Shown here: in pieces, positions 24,301 through 39,069 of the stretch
Layout of the letters: the number at the start of each line of letters is the position of its first letter
How positions within the stretch are numbered: position 1 is the stretch's first letter
NCBI RefSeq assembly: GCF_006345805.1
Contig: NC_042997.1
Coordinates: 38,502,001 to 38,566,000 of the forward strand
Reading direction: 5' to 3'
Length of the DNA: 64,000 bases
Source: Octopus sinensis
Taxonomy: Eukaryota
Notes under the pieces: model-generated
Told to the model about the DNA's origin: nothing
Seen by the model: the letters and a program-made list of their open reading frames with translations, nothing else
The model's database searches: none
Program-made: the position numbers and the translations under genes

Positions 24301-26515
24301 GGCTAATACTTCCTTCGATCTTTGCTTTTCTTACATTTATTCAACCCCCCACCAAATCCTTCTCAGCACATAGCTATGACGCTTCCCCTCTACTCCTGCC
24401 GATGATCAGAGATACACTCCATAGGCGTAGGAGTGGCTGTGTGGTAAGTAGCTTGCTTACGAACCACATGGTTCCGGGTTCAGTCCCACTGCATGGCACC
24501 TTGGGCGAGTGTCTGCTACTATAGCCTCGGGCCGACCAATGCCTTGTGAGTGGATTTGGTAGACGGAAACTGAAAGAAGCCCGTTGTATATATGTATATA
24601 TATATATATGTGTGTGTGTATGTTTGTGTGTTGTGTTTGTCCCCACCAACATCGCTTGACAACCGATGCTGGTGTGTTTACGTCCCCGTAACTTAGCGGT
24701 TCGGCAAAAGAGACCGATAGAATAAGTACTAGGCTTTCAAAGAATAAGTCCTGGAGTCGATTTCCTCGACTAAAGGCGGTGCTCCAGCATGGCCACAGTC
24801 AAATGACTGAAACAAGTAAATGAGTAAATGAGAATATTGTCAGCAAGTAAGGTATATACTCGAATGGTTAAGGTCAAGTAACTGACAAGCAAATCTATGG
24901 TACTGAGCAGAAATATTTGCTATAATGATATTTCTACTTCAGTAACTCCTCACTGAATCTATCTGAAATGTAATAGAAAATAAGTGAGTTTCAAAGCATT
25001 GCTGTCCATGTCACAAAAGCAAAGTTTGAAGGGGATGGTAGTCATTTCCTTTGATTTCTAGATAGAAGCAAATAAAAAAATAACACTTACTGACCGAAGA
25101 CAAAAAGAAATTTGTTACTCAGTGTAATTAGAATATAATGAGTAAGTCTGAAATCATATTCAAATATGACGTATTTCTCGTTTCGTGTAGCACTAGAAAG
25201 AATTCTTTGGCATAAATATTTGTAAAATAAGAGAGAAAAGAGGGAAATATTTCTAATTTTGAATACTGAAAGCCAGTAATCGAATAAGTGACGTCTTTGT
25301 AAGCCAAAGGGCGCAATTGTGCAGCACTCTCTGAATGAAACTGCCGTTTCAACGAAAGATGACGAGCTGACAGAACCGTTAGCATGCGGGCAAAATGCTT
25401 AGAGTTCAAATTCCGCCGAGGTCGAGTTGGCCTTTCATCCTTTCAGAGTCTATGAAATACGTACCAGTTGAATAATGGGGTTGATGAAATCGACTTAAGC
25501 TCTTCCCCCAATTTTCTGGCCTTGTGCCAAATTTTGTAGCCAGTATAGGTGGTACTTTAGTTCTTTGACTGTTAGATGTAATTCTAGATCTATCTTATCG
25601 TCATTCAGGATTCTTAAAAGCATGTGAATATGTTTTTAAAATAACTCTTAGAAAATCCGATATCTCCTACATTCTCTGTTCATAAATATAACATGAATTT
25701 GAATATTAAAAATATGTTGTATTCATTCAGTAATTCTTGTAATATTAACTTCGCGGCGACCATAGCAAGATTTTGAAAAAAGCGAGATCAAACGCAGCTG
25801 TTTTAATGCTAATTGCCATTTCGCTTATGTCGCTGGTGTTGATATCTTTTCACTGATAACATGTAAGAAAAGTACAAGTGCATGTGTACGCACAGGCACG
25901 CTTATGCAGAAAGACATGTATATATGCGTTTGTAAATTACTGAGTGTCTACGTGCGGGTGCATGAATTATTGCATAGTTATATCGAAGACAGCATAAATA
26001 AGAAAACTTGAATAATGTATAATGTAGATTATTCTACACTTATTTCAAAATATTAGTTACGTTATACATGTTTTCAAGTATTCTGAGTCATGGTCTGTTT
26101 TTATATAAATAATGTTATTTAATTTACCATCTGTTGTGTAAACATCCATCCACACAAAACTCTGAAAGGCTGTTAATGGTGCACCTTGGTACATTTTTTG
26201 CTATATATTGGGATTTAGTTTCAAAATTATCTGAGTAACCAAAGAATAGTGGGAGATTTATGATTAGCGAAATTAATACAGAATAGATCTGTGAGATTAC
26301 CACACAGATTGAAGTCGTGCATTAATGTTTCCAGAGCTGCATTGCTAGAAACAAAACCTATTTGTAATACCTAATATTCAATTTTATTTAATCATTCCAA
26401 TTATGAATGTTTAATAATTGAATGATATGAGTTAAAATCGCCTTTTTTCTTCAACATTTGTCTATTTATTAGCGAAGTCCCATATAGAATGAGTTTTTGT
26501 TTCAATCTTGGAATT

Positions 26516-26841
26516 TCTAAAGACTCCGCCGGTTACGACGACGAGGGTCTCAGCTGATACGATCAACGGAACAGCTTGCTCGTGAAATTAACGTGCAAAT
26601 GGCTGAGCATTCCACAGACACGTGTACCCTTAACGTAGTTCTCGGAGATAATCAGCGTGACACAGAGAGTGACAAGGCTGGCCCTTTGAAATACAAGTAC
26701 AACTCATTTTTGCCAGCTGAGTGGACTGGAGCAACGTGAAATAAAGTGTCTTGCTCAAGGACACAACGCGTCGCCGGGAATCGAACTCACAACCTTACGA
26801 TCATGAGCCGAATGCCCTAACCACTAAGCCACGCGCCCTCA
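26516..26841 (-). mobile_element. Young tRNA-derived SINE with CORE-like domain (second copy 37136-37460, +)
   Basis: A box TGGCTTAGTGG, B box GTTCGATTCC, GTCCTTGAGCAAGACACTT motif. TSD CAATCTTGGAATT (26503-26515 and 26842-26854) and, for the second copy, AATTTAACACC (37125-37135 and 37461-37471). The two copies differ at only a few positions. Older relatives lie at 29878-30130 and 41990-42310 (minus). Confidence 0.9.
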
Positions 26842-26896
26842 CAATCTTGGAATTAAATGGTTTTGATTTACGGTCAGGTGACTTTGGGCCAACCCT

Positions 26897-26935
<39 letters not shown>

Positions 26936-27620
26936 CAAACACACACACACAGATATGTATGTATGTTTGTAAGATATTACTTGAGACACAATGGAACACC
27001 CAATAGACCCTGTTTAAACTCTGCACAAATGAATAAAGTGCGCATTCAAATACACCACCCTAATGCTTGTGCATACACGCAACACAAGCATTCAGCGATA
27101 TCGTGAGAAACCCAATATCATTTTCTCAAACTTCACCTTGCTAGTTCTCTTCCTTCCTTGAGCCCTTCCACTCCCACTCTTCTCCTATACTTCTCTTCTA
27201 TTTTTCTGGCTTTCTTTTCCTCTATTCACATTTATCTCATTCTCACTCTCATTTATCCTCACGTGACCGAGATTTGAGTTTGTCTGCAGTTTCGGTCCTT
27301 GTATCCCACTCCATTGCTTTCATTTTACCTCAGATCTGCCAAGTCAAACAGACGTCTTAAATTCGTTATCACAGATAATTTTTACTTTTGAATTTCGACT
27401 GGACTAAAGCTATCAACCAAAACGTTAGATTCTCTCCGGTTTCTTTCATTGACGTATTTATTGTCATTGTTACATATTTTTGTTTGTTGATTTATTCATT
27501 TTGCATGTCTACAATTTTTCAGTCATGCATTTCGTTTCCTGACTCGATGCATTATTTTGTTTCTCCCAATATTTGCATCACAAACTTACTTGTACTTTCT
27601 GATATATATATATTATATAT

Positions 27621-27704
<84 letters not shown>

Positions 27705-27791
27705 ATATATATGGAGAGAGAGAGAGGGAGATAGATAGATAGATACATACATACATACATATAAACATACATGCATACATACACATAAACT

Positions 27792-27825
<34 letters not shown>

Positions 27826-27844
27826 ATATATATATATATGAATA

Positions 27845-28630
27845 TATGGGTACAGGAGGTCACCAACAGTAAACAACATGGAATACAAGAACAAATGAGT
27901 TCAATACGCAAACAACGAGAGAAACAAATCGAAAACATAAAGAACGACCCTTCATCAGTTGTCGGCTGTCTATCTACTCCTCATTTCGAGCACTGAACGA
28001 CAATATGAGTCTTCGAAGACAGCTACTCCAATAAGTACAAAAATATAATTTTGGATTTATGTAGGATCAAATTTGTCAACAAAAACAGGACAGTGGATAC
28101 ATACAAAGAAACCGAACGCAAACAAAAATGGAGGGTCTTTAGACCAGAACGAGGGTAAAATAGCGAACGCTGGAGAAATATATTCTTTGAGAAGAAAAAA
28201 TATAGAAGAGAGAGGTAGAATGCTCCCAGTCCTTAGGATAGTTCTGAAGGAAACAAAAGATGATCACGTGAGGAAAAGAAAGATGCACGATGGTCACGTG
28301 TGAGCAATGAGAGAGAAAAAGAGAAAGGGAGAGAGGGAGAGAAAGGCAGCTAGAAAACGGTGTCCTATGTATTTGTCCTGTGTATTTTTTGCCAACTTTG
28401 ACCCTCCATAAATCCAAAATTTTATTTTGGTACTTATGGGGCAACTGTCTTCGAAGACTCGTATTGTCGTTCAAGGCTCGAAATGAGCAGAGAGACAACA
28501 GGCAACTCATGAAGGCTCGTTCTTTATGCTAATTGTTCTGTTTTTCATTTGTTTCTCTCGTTGTTTGTTTACTAAACTCATTTGTTTTCGTATTTCATGT
28601 TGTTTACTGTTGTTGATGTCCTGTACCTTA
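27845..28630. repeat. Pair of ~260-bp diverged inverted repeats around a ~250-bp spacer, TA-flanked
   Basis: GGTACAGGAGGTCACCAACAGTAAACAACATG..GTCTTCGAAGACAG (27848-28105) versus ..CTGTCTTCGAAGAC..CATGTTGTTTACTGTTGTTGATGTCCTGTACC (28370-28627). Confidence 0.8.
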
Positions 28631-28635
28631 TATGC

Positions 28636-28689
<54 letters not shown>

Positions 28690-28694
<5 letters not shown>

Positions 28695-28880
28695 ATCCAA
28701 ACATGAAAACACAAAGAGAAAACACAACAACACGAGGACGTGGAACAAGTATAGTATTATTGGACGCTCAGGAAAGAAGGGAAGAAGGAGGGTTTAACGT
28801 TTCAGAAACATAGGAAAAGGAAAGATCCAAAGAAGGGAAGACGGAGGGAAAAATTCGCCAACGGTACACACGCGGTGTAA
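28690..28880 (-). mobile_element. PLE pseudo-LTR family A copy with HHR helix II deleted
   Basis: Minus strand reads CCTATGTTTCTGAAACGTTAAACCC, versus CTATGTTTCTGACGAAGAGCTCCGCTCGAAACGTTAAAT at 53540. Confidence 0.75.
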
Positions 28881-29431
28881 GTGTGAGTAGATTCGAATCC
28901 GTAGAACAGTTACATGGTCTGGTAAAATATCTTCTAGGATTTGTTTCAACTGCCTGATTATAAATTCAAATCACACTTAACTCAAATCTGTATTTAAGCA
29001 TTTCAGCTACTAAGTACAAGTTCCTTGAGGTGCTTCGTGTTGAAAAAACGGTGATAATCCAAGATCCTTAAGCAAGTACCTATATAATGCAACTGATCAA
29101 TTTCAGACGGGACACAGAAGAGACCGTAAAGATATTTTAAGGCCTTTGTACTCCCTATGGCAACGATTGTATACTTACATACATATACATAAATACATAC
29201 ATACACACACAAACATATATATATACATATACACGTATACATGTGTGTATGTATATATGTATGTATTTCGTAGATATGCGTATGTGCGTGCGTGTGAAGA
29301 AAATAGCTACAGTTGTAAAATTACCAACTGGGATCGGGCGCCATGTAAATCTAATAAGGTTTTTAACCTAAACATCTAGATGACATTGGAAATTTATCGT
29401 CCAAAGAAGATGACTTACACCAACATGTTGG

Positions 29432-29870
29432 GAATACACGCATACATACATACATGCATACATATATAAATATGTACATACATACGTGCATGCATACATA
29501 CATAAATACATACATACATACATACATACATACATACATACATGCATACATACATGCATACATACATACATGCATACATACATGCATACATACATACATG
29601 CATACATACATACATGCATGCATTCATACATACATACATACATACATGCATAAATGCATACATAAATGCATACATACATCCATACATACATACATACACG
29701 CATACATACATACATACATACATACATACATACACGCATACATACATACATACATACATGCATGCATGCATGCATACATACATACATGCATAAATGCATA
29801 CATAAATGCATAAATGCATCCATACATCCATACATACATACATACATACATACATACGTACGTACATTCA
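29432..29870. repeat. (TACA)n/(TGCA)n compound microsatellite
   Basis: Directly visible; source of several spurious MYVC and HTYI ORFs. Confidence 0.95.
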
Positions 29871-31778
29871 TAGGTAAAGACCACCTTCGCTCATGACTGA
29901 CTATGTGATTGCACCTAGAAAGTGCCCCTCCGGGGCACGTTGTCCAAGGGAAAGGCAAAGACCGATACAACTTGGCACCAGTGATATCGTAGCTCATGTC
30001 ACTTGAGTAAGCAGGAGCAATGTGAAATAAAGTGTCTTGATCAAGAACACAACCCACATCTCGGTCCGTGAATCGAACTCACAAGCTCACGATTGTGAGC
30101 CCGACGCTAAAACCAGTGAACCATGTGCCTTTACTATATACAGGGATTAGGTAAAAGCAAAATAAGTTTAGTTTACATAAATCAGAGTAATGTTCAAATG
30201 GACGGGAACGTACATTCCAGACTCTTCCCCTAGGGTCAGCGCCACTGCATCGAAAGCCGGCTATAAGAACAGCCTTTTCGAGAGGTTATGGAGGCAGTAA
30301 AGTAGATAAACACATGTAGGTTTGAGATATATATTTACATGGGGCAAAAATACAGATTACAGAATAAGAAAAAAAGCAGACAAAATAACAGAGTTATGTA
30401 AAGTATTATCTTATCAGCTGCTTCAAGACGGTCGTAACTTACGCAGTAACTATATTCATATGTAATATGAAACTTGTTATCGTCGGAGTGTTTCCCGCAA
30501 CTAGTCCCGATGAAATCATTAAGTTAGACTTCACTTCTCAAGAATAAATTTGATTAGTACGAGAGGAAACGTTTTGTAGCGAACTCCTCCACTTTTGAAA
30601 TGTTGATGTGGCTGGCAGAATCGTTAGCACGCCGGGCGAAATGCGTAGCCGTATTTCGTCTGCCGTTACGTTCTGAGTTCAAATTCCGCTGAGGTCGACT
30701 TTGCCTTTCATCCTCTCGGGGTCGATAAATAAAGTACCAGTTTCGCACTGGGTCGATGTAATCGACTTAATCCCTTTGTCTGCCCTTGTTTGTCCCCTCT
30801 ATGTTTAGCCCCTTGAGGGCAGTAAAGAAATATATACTCCAATCTGTTTCAGATGCATTCTGAGAGTATTATATGAAATACCTGTTCACTAGGTGACGGT
30901 TATGGTTGACGACCGCTGATTATAGCAGCTCCCAATACAAATGTGCTCATCACTGGAAATATAGCATATATGCCCTACTACAGACTCGCCAAGCAGATTA
31001 ATTTCTTCGTTAAACTAACAGTCAGGTCTCGATTTTGTGGCCAAAGAAGTACAAAACACTCTCAAGTCAATCTTGAAAAAGTGTAACATAGAAAATACTT
31101 GGAACATCAGGCCTAAGATTTCTCACTATGGTGTAGTGTATTGTACTCTGGAGTATAACACTCAGAATCAAAAATGATCAGAGAGGCTAAAGTGAAAGAG
31201 GCTACGCGGAAAGCATAAGTTACACCGGTCCTAATTCTGCTAACATATAACCCCCGCCACCCTGTATTCATGGATTTAATTACAGTATTGACCTAATAAG
31301 CCACCTCGAGACTTGCAGAATACGACTTTGCTAATCTGGTCATCTTCAAAGACAGGAAGGACGAACGTCACTCCAAAAATTACTACCAAATATACGAGGA
31401 AAGGGCGTAAGAGTTCCAATCAATTTTCATGGTTGCTACACTTAAATCAAAACATCAAGAACGCCGACAAAGTCATTGAGTAAACTATTTGAAACAGTTA
31501 AAGAATTCTTAGATGTAAATCCAACCAAATGTGAAACGACTTAACAGCTAACTTCAACCAAAGTCACATTTGATAAACCCAACCCTAAATAGAAGATACA
31601 GAGTGTAACGATTTTTCTAATACCCGTCATGTAAATTTATTTTCAAAAAGCATTCAGAAATAATCAAAAGTTATTAAAGGAGAGATAAACAATAATATAC
31701 ACAAACCATCAATTCCATCACCGCCACATCTGCAAACATATATCTCTGTATATAACCAATGTGCCACAGACGGCGTCA

Positions 31779-32096
31779 TCTATATATATAACAACGAGAA
31801 TGTGTGTCTGTCTGTCTGTCTATCTGCATGTGTGCATCTCTTTAAGTCGAGAACTACACAACCTATTTCATTCAAATTTCATACGTCTTACTTAGGGTAC
31901 ATACAGTGTAATGGACAAAAAAAATTTCAACTTCTTGCTTAATGCGAGCTAAGAGTAATCCTTTATCTCATACGCTATTTCAGTATTACACGTCAAAAGT
32001 GAAACAATAACATCTCTATTGTAATGTGACATAATACTTTCACTTTAAATAGGTTTCACTATTAATGTTTTCACTTTGTATATATATATATGCATG

Positions 32097-32162
<66 letters not shown>

Positions 32163-32637
32163 AGAAATTAATATAAAATATATTACAAAGTGGGACAAGC
32201 GCAAAAAACACAAAGAGAACGACACAAAAAAACAGACGGGTCACTCGAAGCCTCTAATCTTCAGTCGGGAACCGGATCATCTTAGTAATTTCGGCTGTTT
32301 AATCTCGATATACTCCGAACCGGCCAGCCCCAAGGAAAAACCAAGCCACAGGCATTGGATTTCTTGGAAAGGGGATCGAATGTATACGAAACAAAGACAG
32401 GATGCCACACGAATATAACTACAAGAAACAAAAATAGAAATAAAAAACAGAAATAAAAAACACGAATGGTGGACAGTACAAGGACAATTTTTAGACAATT
32501 TTTAACTTATCTTGGCTGGCGTATATGAAAAAAGCCTTTACGGCAAAAACGAAAACAACGTTAACGTGGCCGCGTTATCTATATATTTGATAATTAGTAT
32601 ACGTTAAGTACATTTATTCTATTATTTATTATTATTA

Positions 32638-32675
<38 letters not shown>

Positions 32676-32744
32676 TTAGACCTGATAAGTGACTATTTTT
32701 AAATAAAATTAATTTTAGATCGATTTAATTTTAAATCGAATTGA

Positions 32745-32780
<36 letters not shown>

Positions 32781-33297
32781 CTATTTGAAAATTTAGCCAC
32801 GAAACGCGCGTAATATTTTACTGCTATTTACTAGTTATTGTTTTTGTACTTTATTAAATTTTAGAATAATGTTTTTATAGTATACGTTTTCTATATGGTG
32901 TGAATAACATATTTCATTACTGAATTGTTTAATAGGGGTTTTCTCTAAATTATATACTATATATATATATATTATATATGGATATATGCATATATATTAT
33001 AGCCTCAGGCCAACCAAAGCCTTGTGATTGGACTTCGTACACGGAAACTGAACGAAGAATGTTGTATATATGTGTATGTGTGTGTGATGTTGCTATGTTT
33101 ACGTTCCCATAGCGTAACGGTTTGGCAAATGCCACTGATAGAATAAGTACTAAGCTAACAAAAATAAATCCCGTGGTCGATTTGAGCAATCGATGGTGGT
33201 GCTCCAGCATGGCCTCATTTACATGGCTGAAACAAGAAAAACAATAAAAAAATACTATACCATTTTTATCCCGAGTAAGGCCGGATATCTCTGCTAA
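31779..33297 (+). mobile_element. Non-autonomous Helitron with nested cargo
   Basis: 5' A|TCTATATATATAA followed by (TCTG)n; 3' hairpin-like ATCCCGAGTAAGGCCGGAT then CTAA|T; encloses (TA)n, a repeat at 32165-32560 and SINE-A pieces. Confidence 0.6.
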
Positions 33298-35850
33298 TAG
33301 AATATATAATTTACAAATGATTTAAATCCACATTTCGTGAAGTTTTCACAGACGTTTTTACTATTATTAGACAAAAAGTATTCACGTGATTTGAGTTAGA
33401 GAAACATCAACCAATCTTATGTTAAGCAATATCAATAACGGCGCTGGTCACTTTACAGAACACGTGGTAATATATATTTGTATATTGCAGCTGACCTTCT
33501 GAAGTAACACGTACGAGGTGCCTAAAATTGCTCGAAGTAAAATATCCAAATAAATAACAAAACTAGCAGAAAACATCCACAAACAGAGCTTGAAACTAGA
33601 CATTTAAATTATCTCATGATGTAGAAGTTAAGCAATAGTATTACGATTGTTTTTAACCCTATATAAATCTTTCGATAGAAACATTTGCAGAAAACAATCT
33701 CTTTGTATGTTGATACGGTATTTTTATAAAGACAAGTGATTAAATGGCAGAAGTCACAACATAATCATTAATAAACATCATTATTTCTTTGCTGGAAATT
33801 TGTCTTATCAATTCACAAAGAAATCTTATGAAGCAGAATGCAGACACCCAGTCATCAGATAATATGTAAACACATTGCTAGCTTAAGTATTTTGTATAAT
33901 CTTTACACAGTTTGTCTCAACAAATTTTCCTAATTCCATTGGGAGAATCACCGATGGAGATATCAACAAAACTCAAAACAAGCAGAATAAGTGACAACAA
34001 TTTGACATGATATAGTAACGTTATTCTATAGCACAAAGAAACCTTCATATACGTTATTAAAACGTAAGAAAAGCACACCCCAATATCAAACTATTCACAT
34101 TGATGGGCTGACTACTTCTATTTCATGCAATGAAATCTCTAGGTACTGACTTTTGACGATTGTGTGTACAATAAGATGAGCAAACAAGAGGATACTCGTC
34201 GTTGTCGTCGTCGTCAGCTTTACAATATCCCAGAATTCATATTCAGTATCAGAATCAATATCAATTCGCTCTATAGTTATTTTTATTAAGCCTGGTACGT
34301 ATTCTATCGGACACTTTCTGTCAGATTTCTAGGTTACGTGTACGTAAAAAAACACTCAATACCAGTTGTCAAGCGGCGGTGGGAGACAAACAAACAAACA
34401 CATGGTACACGATCCTAGTATGAATCGTAGATGTCTACATATACCGAGAAAAGAGAGTTAAGACCATTCTTACAGCCTAAGAATATCATAATAGTAACAT
34501 CACTCAGACAGCATATGGCAAACATCAGCAGCAAACTCGAATACATTGGTGTAGTACTCAAATGGGTGGCAACATTTTAGGAGGTGAGTTTGAATTCTTC
34601 AAACCTCACAAGATTCCGTATACGAACGTAAAACTTTGGAAAGGAACTACTTTAACAAAGGTTTGAAAGAGATTTATTCTGCTTACACTGTAAAAGTTAC
34701 CCAGAATCTTGAGAACAATGCATTAACAAGGAATGCAATCAATTTTAGATTCTATATTGTTACACTCTGTTACAATTCAAAATATATGCCTGCGTGACAG
34801 AGAGAGAAAGAGAGAGAGAGTCTGTGGGGGGTTTAAATATATCTATAGTTTAATAGGAGAAATAGAAGTCAATACAATCGAGAATGTAAATTTTTCTGTC
34901 GGTCGTAAATGACACGATTCCCGCAGTTTCTTAACGAGAAAGAGGGTAATGACTTGAAATATCCAAGATTTGGACAAAACATATCAAATATTCCAAATAT
35001 CTTCAACTGCTGTCTGAAATATCATTATGATTTTTTTCAACTAGTGTAGTTCGTATTTTAACTAAAACAATATGCAGGGTCCGTTAGGTGGATTACATGG
35101 GATAAATATATAAATTCTTTTGTCATTGAATAAATGATTCTTATATTCAATACAATTAATATTAGCGAAACATTCTCATCAGATTACAAATTAATATTTA
35201 TTTCTTTATCTTTAACATGCATAACTTTTTCAATATCATTACGTAATGAGCAACATAATCTCATATTTACAGGCGCGACTATACAAATAAATGTATCCAA
35301 GTAAAGAATTTGTAAGATTCAAAGCAGTAATTCCTAAGGTCTTCTTTGCCGCTTATTTCGAGTGAAATGTTCACAACCCTCATGTACGTAAAACAATATG
35401 CAGGGTCATCCGTTGGAGGGACTACAAGGGATAAATATAAATTCTTTTGTTCCTGAATATATGATATTATATTCACTACAATAAATAATGGTGAAACATA
35501 TTCATCAAATTTGAAATTATCATTTCCTTTATCTCTTGGTGGAAACATCCACCTTACATTTTATGATTGAGTTAATCTCTGTACGACACAAAGATCCATT
35601 TGACGCATGCAATAGTTTCAGTTTCAATTACAGCCCATTCGTTTATAATGAAAATGGCCGAGAATATTTCGGTCTACTTATTCAAACACAAAGATGGTAC
35701 TAATTATTTGATAAATCAAAATGTTTAAATCCATCTACTTGGGAACAATTGTTCTGCACTAGTGGATATCTAGCAATTTTCTTGATCAGTCTCGTCTGCG
35801 TCGATTTAATCACCTACAACCCGACCATGTATACACACTCTCGCACATAT

Positions 35851-35904
<54 letters not shown>

Positions 35905-37700
35905 ACACACATATATATATGTGTGTGTCTGTGTGTGTGTGTGTATACGCTGGTAAGATAACCAATGAAATTATCTGGCTTTTACTGTAGTCTTAAATTA
36001 ATACTTGATCATAAACTAGTTTTTGTCAATAGATTCTCTGAAGCAAGAAGATATTAGAACGAGTATTTATTGATCAACACCGAAGAAGATGATTACATTT
36101 AACAGCTTGACCTCTTTAACATAAAACTATCCATTATTGTGTTATCAGCTCTACTAATTTTAGCGGGAAGAAAACAATCGTTTAAATCACGTCATTTCCT
36201 GACTTGTGTTATTCTGTCAAGCTCAAATGCGATCAATGGTAAAGCTAATCTCGGAACATAGTCATAACACAAAAATCGTTAAGTACTCAGACACTTTATG
36301 ACTGAACCAGTCCACCGCTATTTGATCATCAATTCCGTAGTATGCTATGAGAAAACGTTTCCTGGTTTTAAATGAACAGATGAGCGAACAAAACACGTTA
36401 ATTAACTCTACATTTGAAAAAAGGATTGTTTATATTTGTCTATCAGAACAGAAATTGAGGAAGTAAAAATTAAATAGTGTCTGAAAGTTCAAAAAATATG
36501 CTTAATGAAAATTCAATTCGTAAAATCAAAGTAACTTGATTATTTAAAAAAAAGATAATTAATGCGTAAACTAAGTTAGTATTTATAAACCTTTAAAAAT
36601 TGTTTTATTATAAGCCAGCTGTTAGACACAGTAAAAACAGATTCTTCAATTAGAAAAAAAAATTACAGAATTTCTTTTAAGACAAGTTGAAATATTTGAC
36701 GATAATACTTGTTTTTCGCATAAATTCTGAATTCACATACACTCCACCACACACACACACATATGTATCTTATACATAACAGTCGTTGTTCTAGTTTGCT
36801 CTGGTTGTCATAGAGACAGAGAGAAGCAGAGACAAGCAGACAGAGAGTGATGGAGAGAGAAAAGAAAGGGAGAACGACAGACATAGTTAAAGAATGGCTT
36901 GAAGGAAGAAAGTTGGCAGTAAAAATTTTATTTCAGTTCTTAAATACAATTACAATGTTAATTTACTTGGCGCTTATTGTAAATACGTGGTTAGAACTAT
37001 CGTAATTTCTCACGTGGAGTGCTTTGTAATTAAACATTTTCCTAAACTCATTATTCCTTTTTAGTACCAACCAATTACTGCATTAATAGGATTAAATTCC
37101 TAATCTGTCAAACGGCACGTCATTAATTTAACACCGTGAGGGCGCGTGGCTTAGTGGTTAGGGCATTCGGCTCATGATCGTAAGGTTGTGAGTTCGATTC
37201 CCGGCGACGCGTTGTGTCCTTGAGCAAGACACTTTATTTCACGTTGCTCCAGTCCACTCAGCTGGCAAAAATGAGTTGTACTTGTACTTCAAAGGGTCAG
37301 CCTTGTCACTCTCTGTGTCACGCTGATTATCCCCGAGAACTACGTTAAGGTACACGTGTCTGTGGAATGCTCAGCCATTTGCACGTTAATTTCACGAGCA
37401 AGCTGTTCCGTTGATCGTATCAGCTGGGACCCTCGTCGTCGTAACCGGCGGAGTCTTTAGAATTTAACACCTTTCTGTGATGCACAAAACTGCATAAATT
37501 GGAAGGAGTTAGATAAATTTAAATATTATAAAACCGCACCGTGGATGTAAGAAGAATGCAGACACATTCTCTGTATACTGTTGATGTACGGCAACGGAAA
37601 TGGGTGTTTAACTAGTGACGTGCAGTCAAGAAGATAATATATGCAAATTAGGCTATTCACTAACGTGTCAGCCTGATTTATATTTGCTTTATATAGTAGA

Positions 37701-38077
37701 CTAGCAGTATCGCCCGGCGTTGCTCAGGTTTGTAAGGGAAATAACTATAAAGCATTTTTAGAGAGTTATAGCCAAAAAACAGCAAAAAGATGGAAAAAAA
37801 TGATGGTAAATTTTTTTTTTAGTTAAAAAAGGTGGAGTTGCGTCCCCTAGACAGTTTGCGGTTTGTGTTTCTGATTCTCGACCCCATGTCGCATTTATCG
37901 ATTTTTTTCAGAACTGGGGGAACTTTTCAAAATTTTCGCTGCGTTAGTTTTGAATTATGACATTGGGCTATGTGTGTGTCAAGTTTCATCAGAATCGGTT
38001 GAAAGCCGTGGTCAGGGTACAAGAAAACAGACACACCGAAACACGCACAGACAAACTGCCGTTTATATATAGAGAGA
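37701..38077 (-). mobile_element. Short non-autonomous Helitron
   Basis: Minus strand starts A|TCTCTCTATATATAAA and ends with hairpin CCTGAGCAACGCCGGG then CTAG|T; inserted between A and T. Confidence 0.85.
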
Positions 38078-38341
38078 TATTCTGTGCCTCTAAATGAGAA
38101 GGAAGTGGGGAACATCTCTTAGGAGCGCTCAACAATCATACGGTTTGTCAGGAGACTCCAATTTTTTATTGCATGTCAGTAGCATAGGAAAAATTGTGTT
38201 TATTTTGTTATGACATCCACAGTAAGACCTTAACATCTAATTTTATTTCAGTTCTTCTGATTCGTGTTGTATTGTCCATCCATCCGTGCATCCATCCATC
38301 CATCCATCCATCCATACATACATACATACATACATCATACA

Positions 38342-38373
<32 letters not shown>

Positions 38374-39019
38374 ATCACGTGATATTAACGCACGGATATA
38401 GTGAGAAACCTACACAAATTTCTAAGATTACTAATCACATGCTCTTCCTCTACTATACTTGACAGGTAAAATTGAGACAGCCTTGAACGTTAGGGATTGT
38501 CGCAAGACAGGCTCACTTAACTGTGATAGCTAACGGCGTCAAACATATTGTTACATGGCATTTGAGAACGGACGTCGCGGAGAACATACAAAAATTATTT
38601 CTAAACCTGATCACGTGGTCATCCTCGACCAATCAAAATGCATCCAAAATGCATAGCGCCACCTCTTTCTATCTCAGCTTTTGCAAATAAAAGAAATCTA
38701 TGAAAACGGTTACGTCTTAAAAATCTTTTAAACAAAAAAATCTAAACGAATCCTAGTGAATTTTCAACTTCTTTCATACACACACCCACACACCCTCCCC
38801 CATATACATATATAGTATTTAATTATTAGCGATCTGTCAAAGCACACGTATAAAAATTATGTTGTTCACAAATATGCTAGCCTAATTTATGGCTACTTTA
38901 AGTAGCAGCTGACAAACAATATTCATTGACGAAGGAATCCGAGTAGTCTTTCGAGAAGAGCAGTTAACAACCTGTGAAATTATTTGTCTAGAAATTCCTC
39001 CCCCTCGCTTTCTTTCTCT

Positions 39020-39069
<50 letters not shown>

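Noticed and set aside
27940-28020. CTGATGA and GAAA motifs in the 27845-28630 inverted repeats as another hammerhead
   Set aside because: The order and pairing do not give consistent helices I-III in either copy.
29363-30057. Long MYVC/HTYI ORFs here and similar ORFs at 43592-43945, 45698-46426, 49692-50452 and 52522-53411
   Set aside because: Microsatellite translation artefacts.
33400-34100. Possible GPCR or membrane-protein pseudogene on the minus strand (LSFVDISIG, VSIERFI, hydrophobic runs)
   Set aside because: Motifs are short, spread over frames with many stops, and expected by chance in T-rich DNA.
38540-38670. Promoter-like cluster (CACGTG, CCAAT, GCGCCACC)
   Set aside because: No downstream exon or transcript evidence; such motifs are common in MITE relics.
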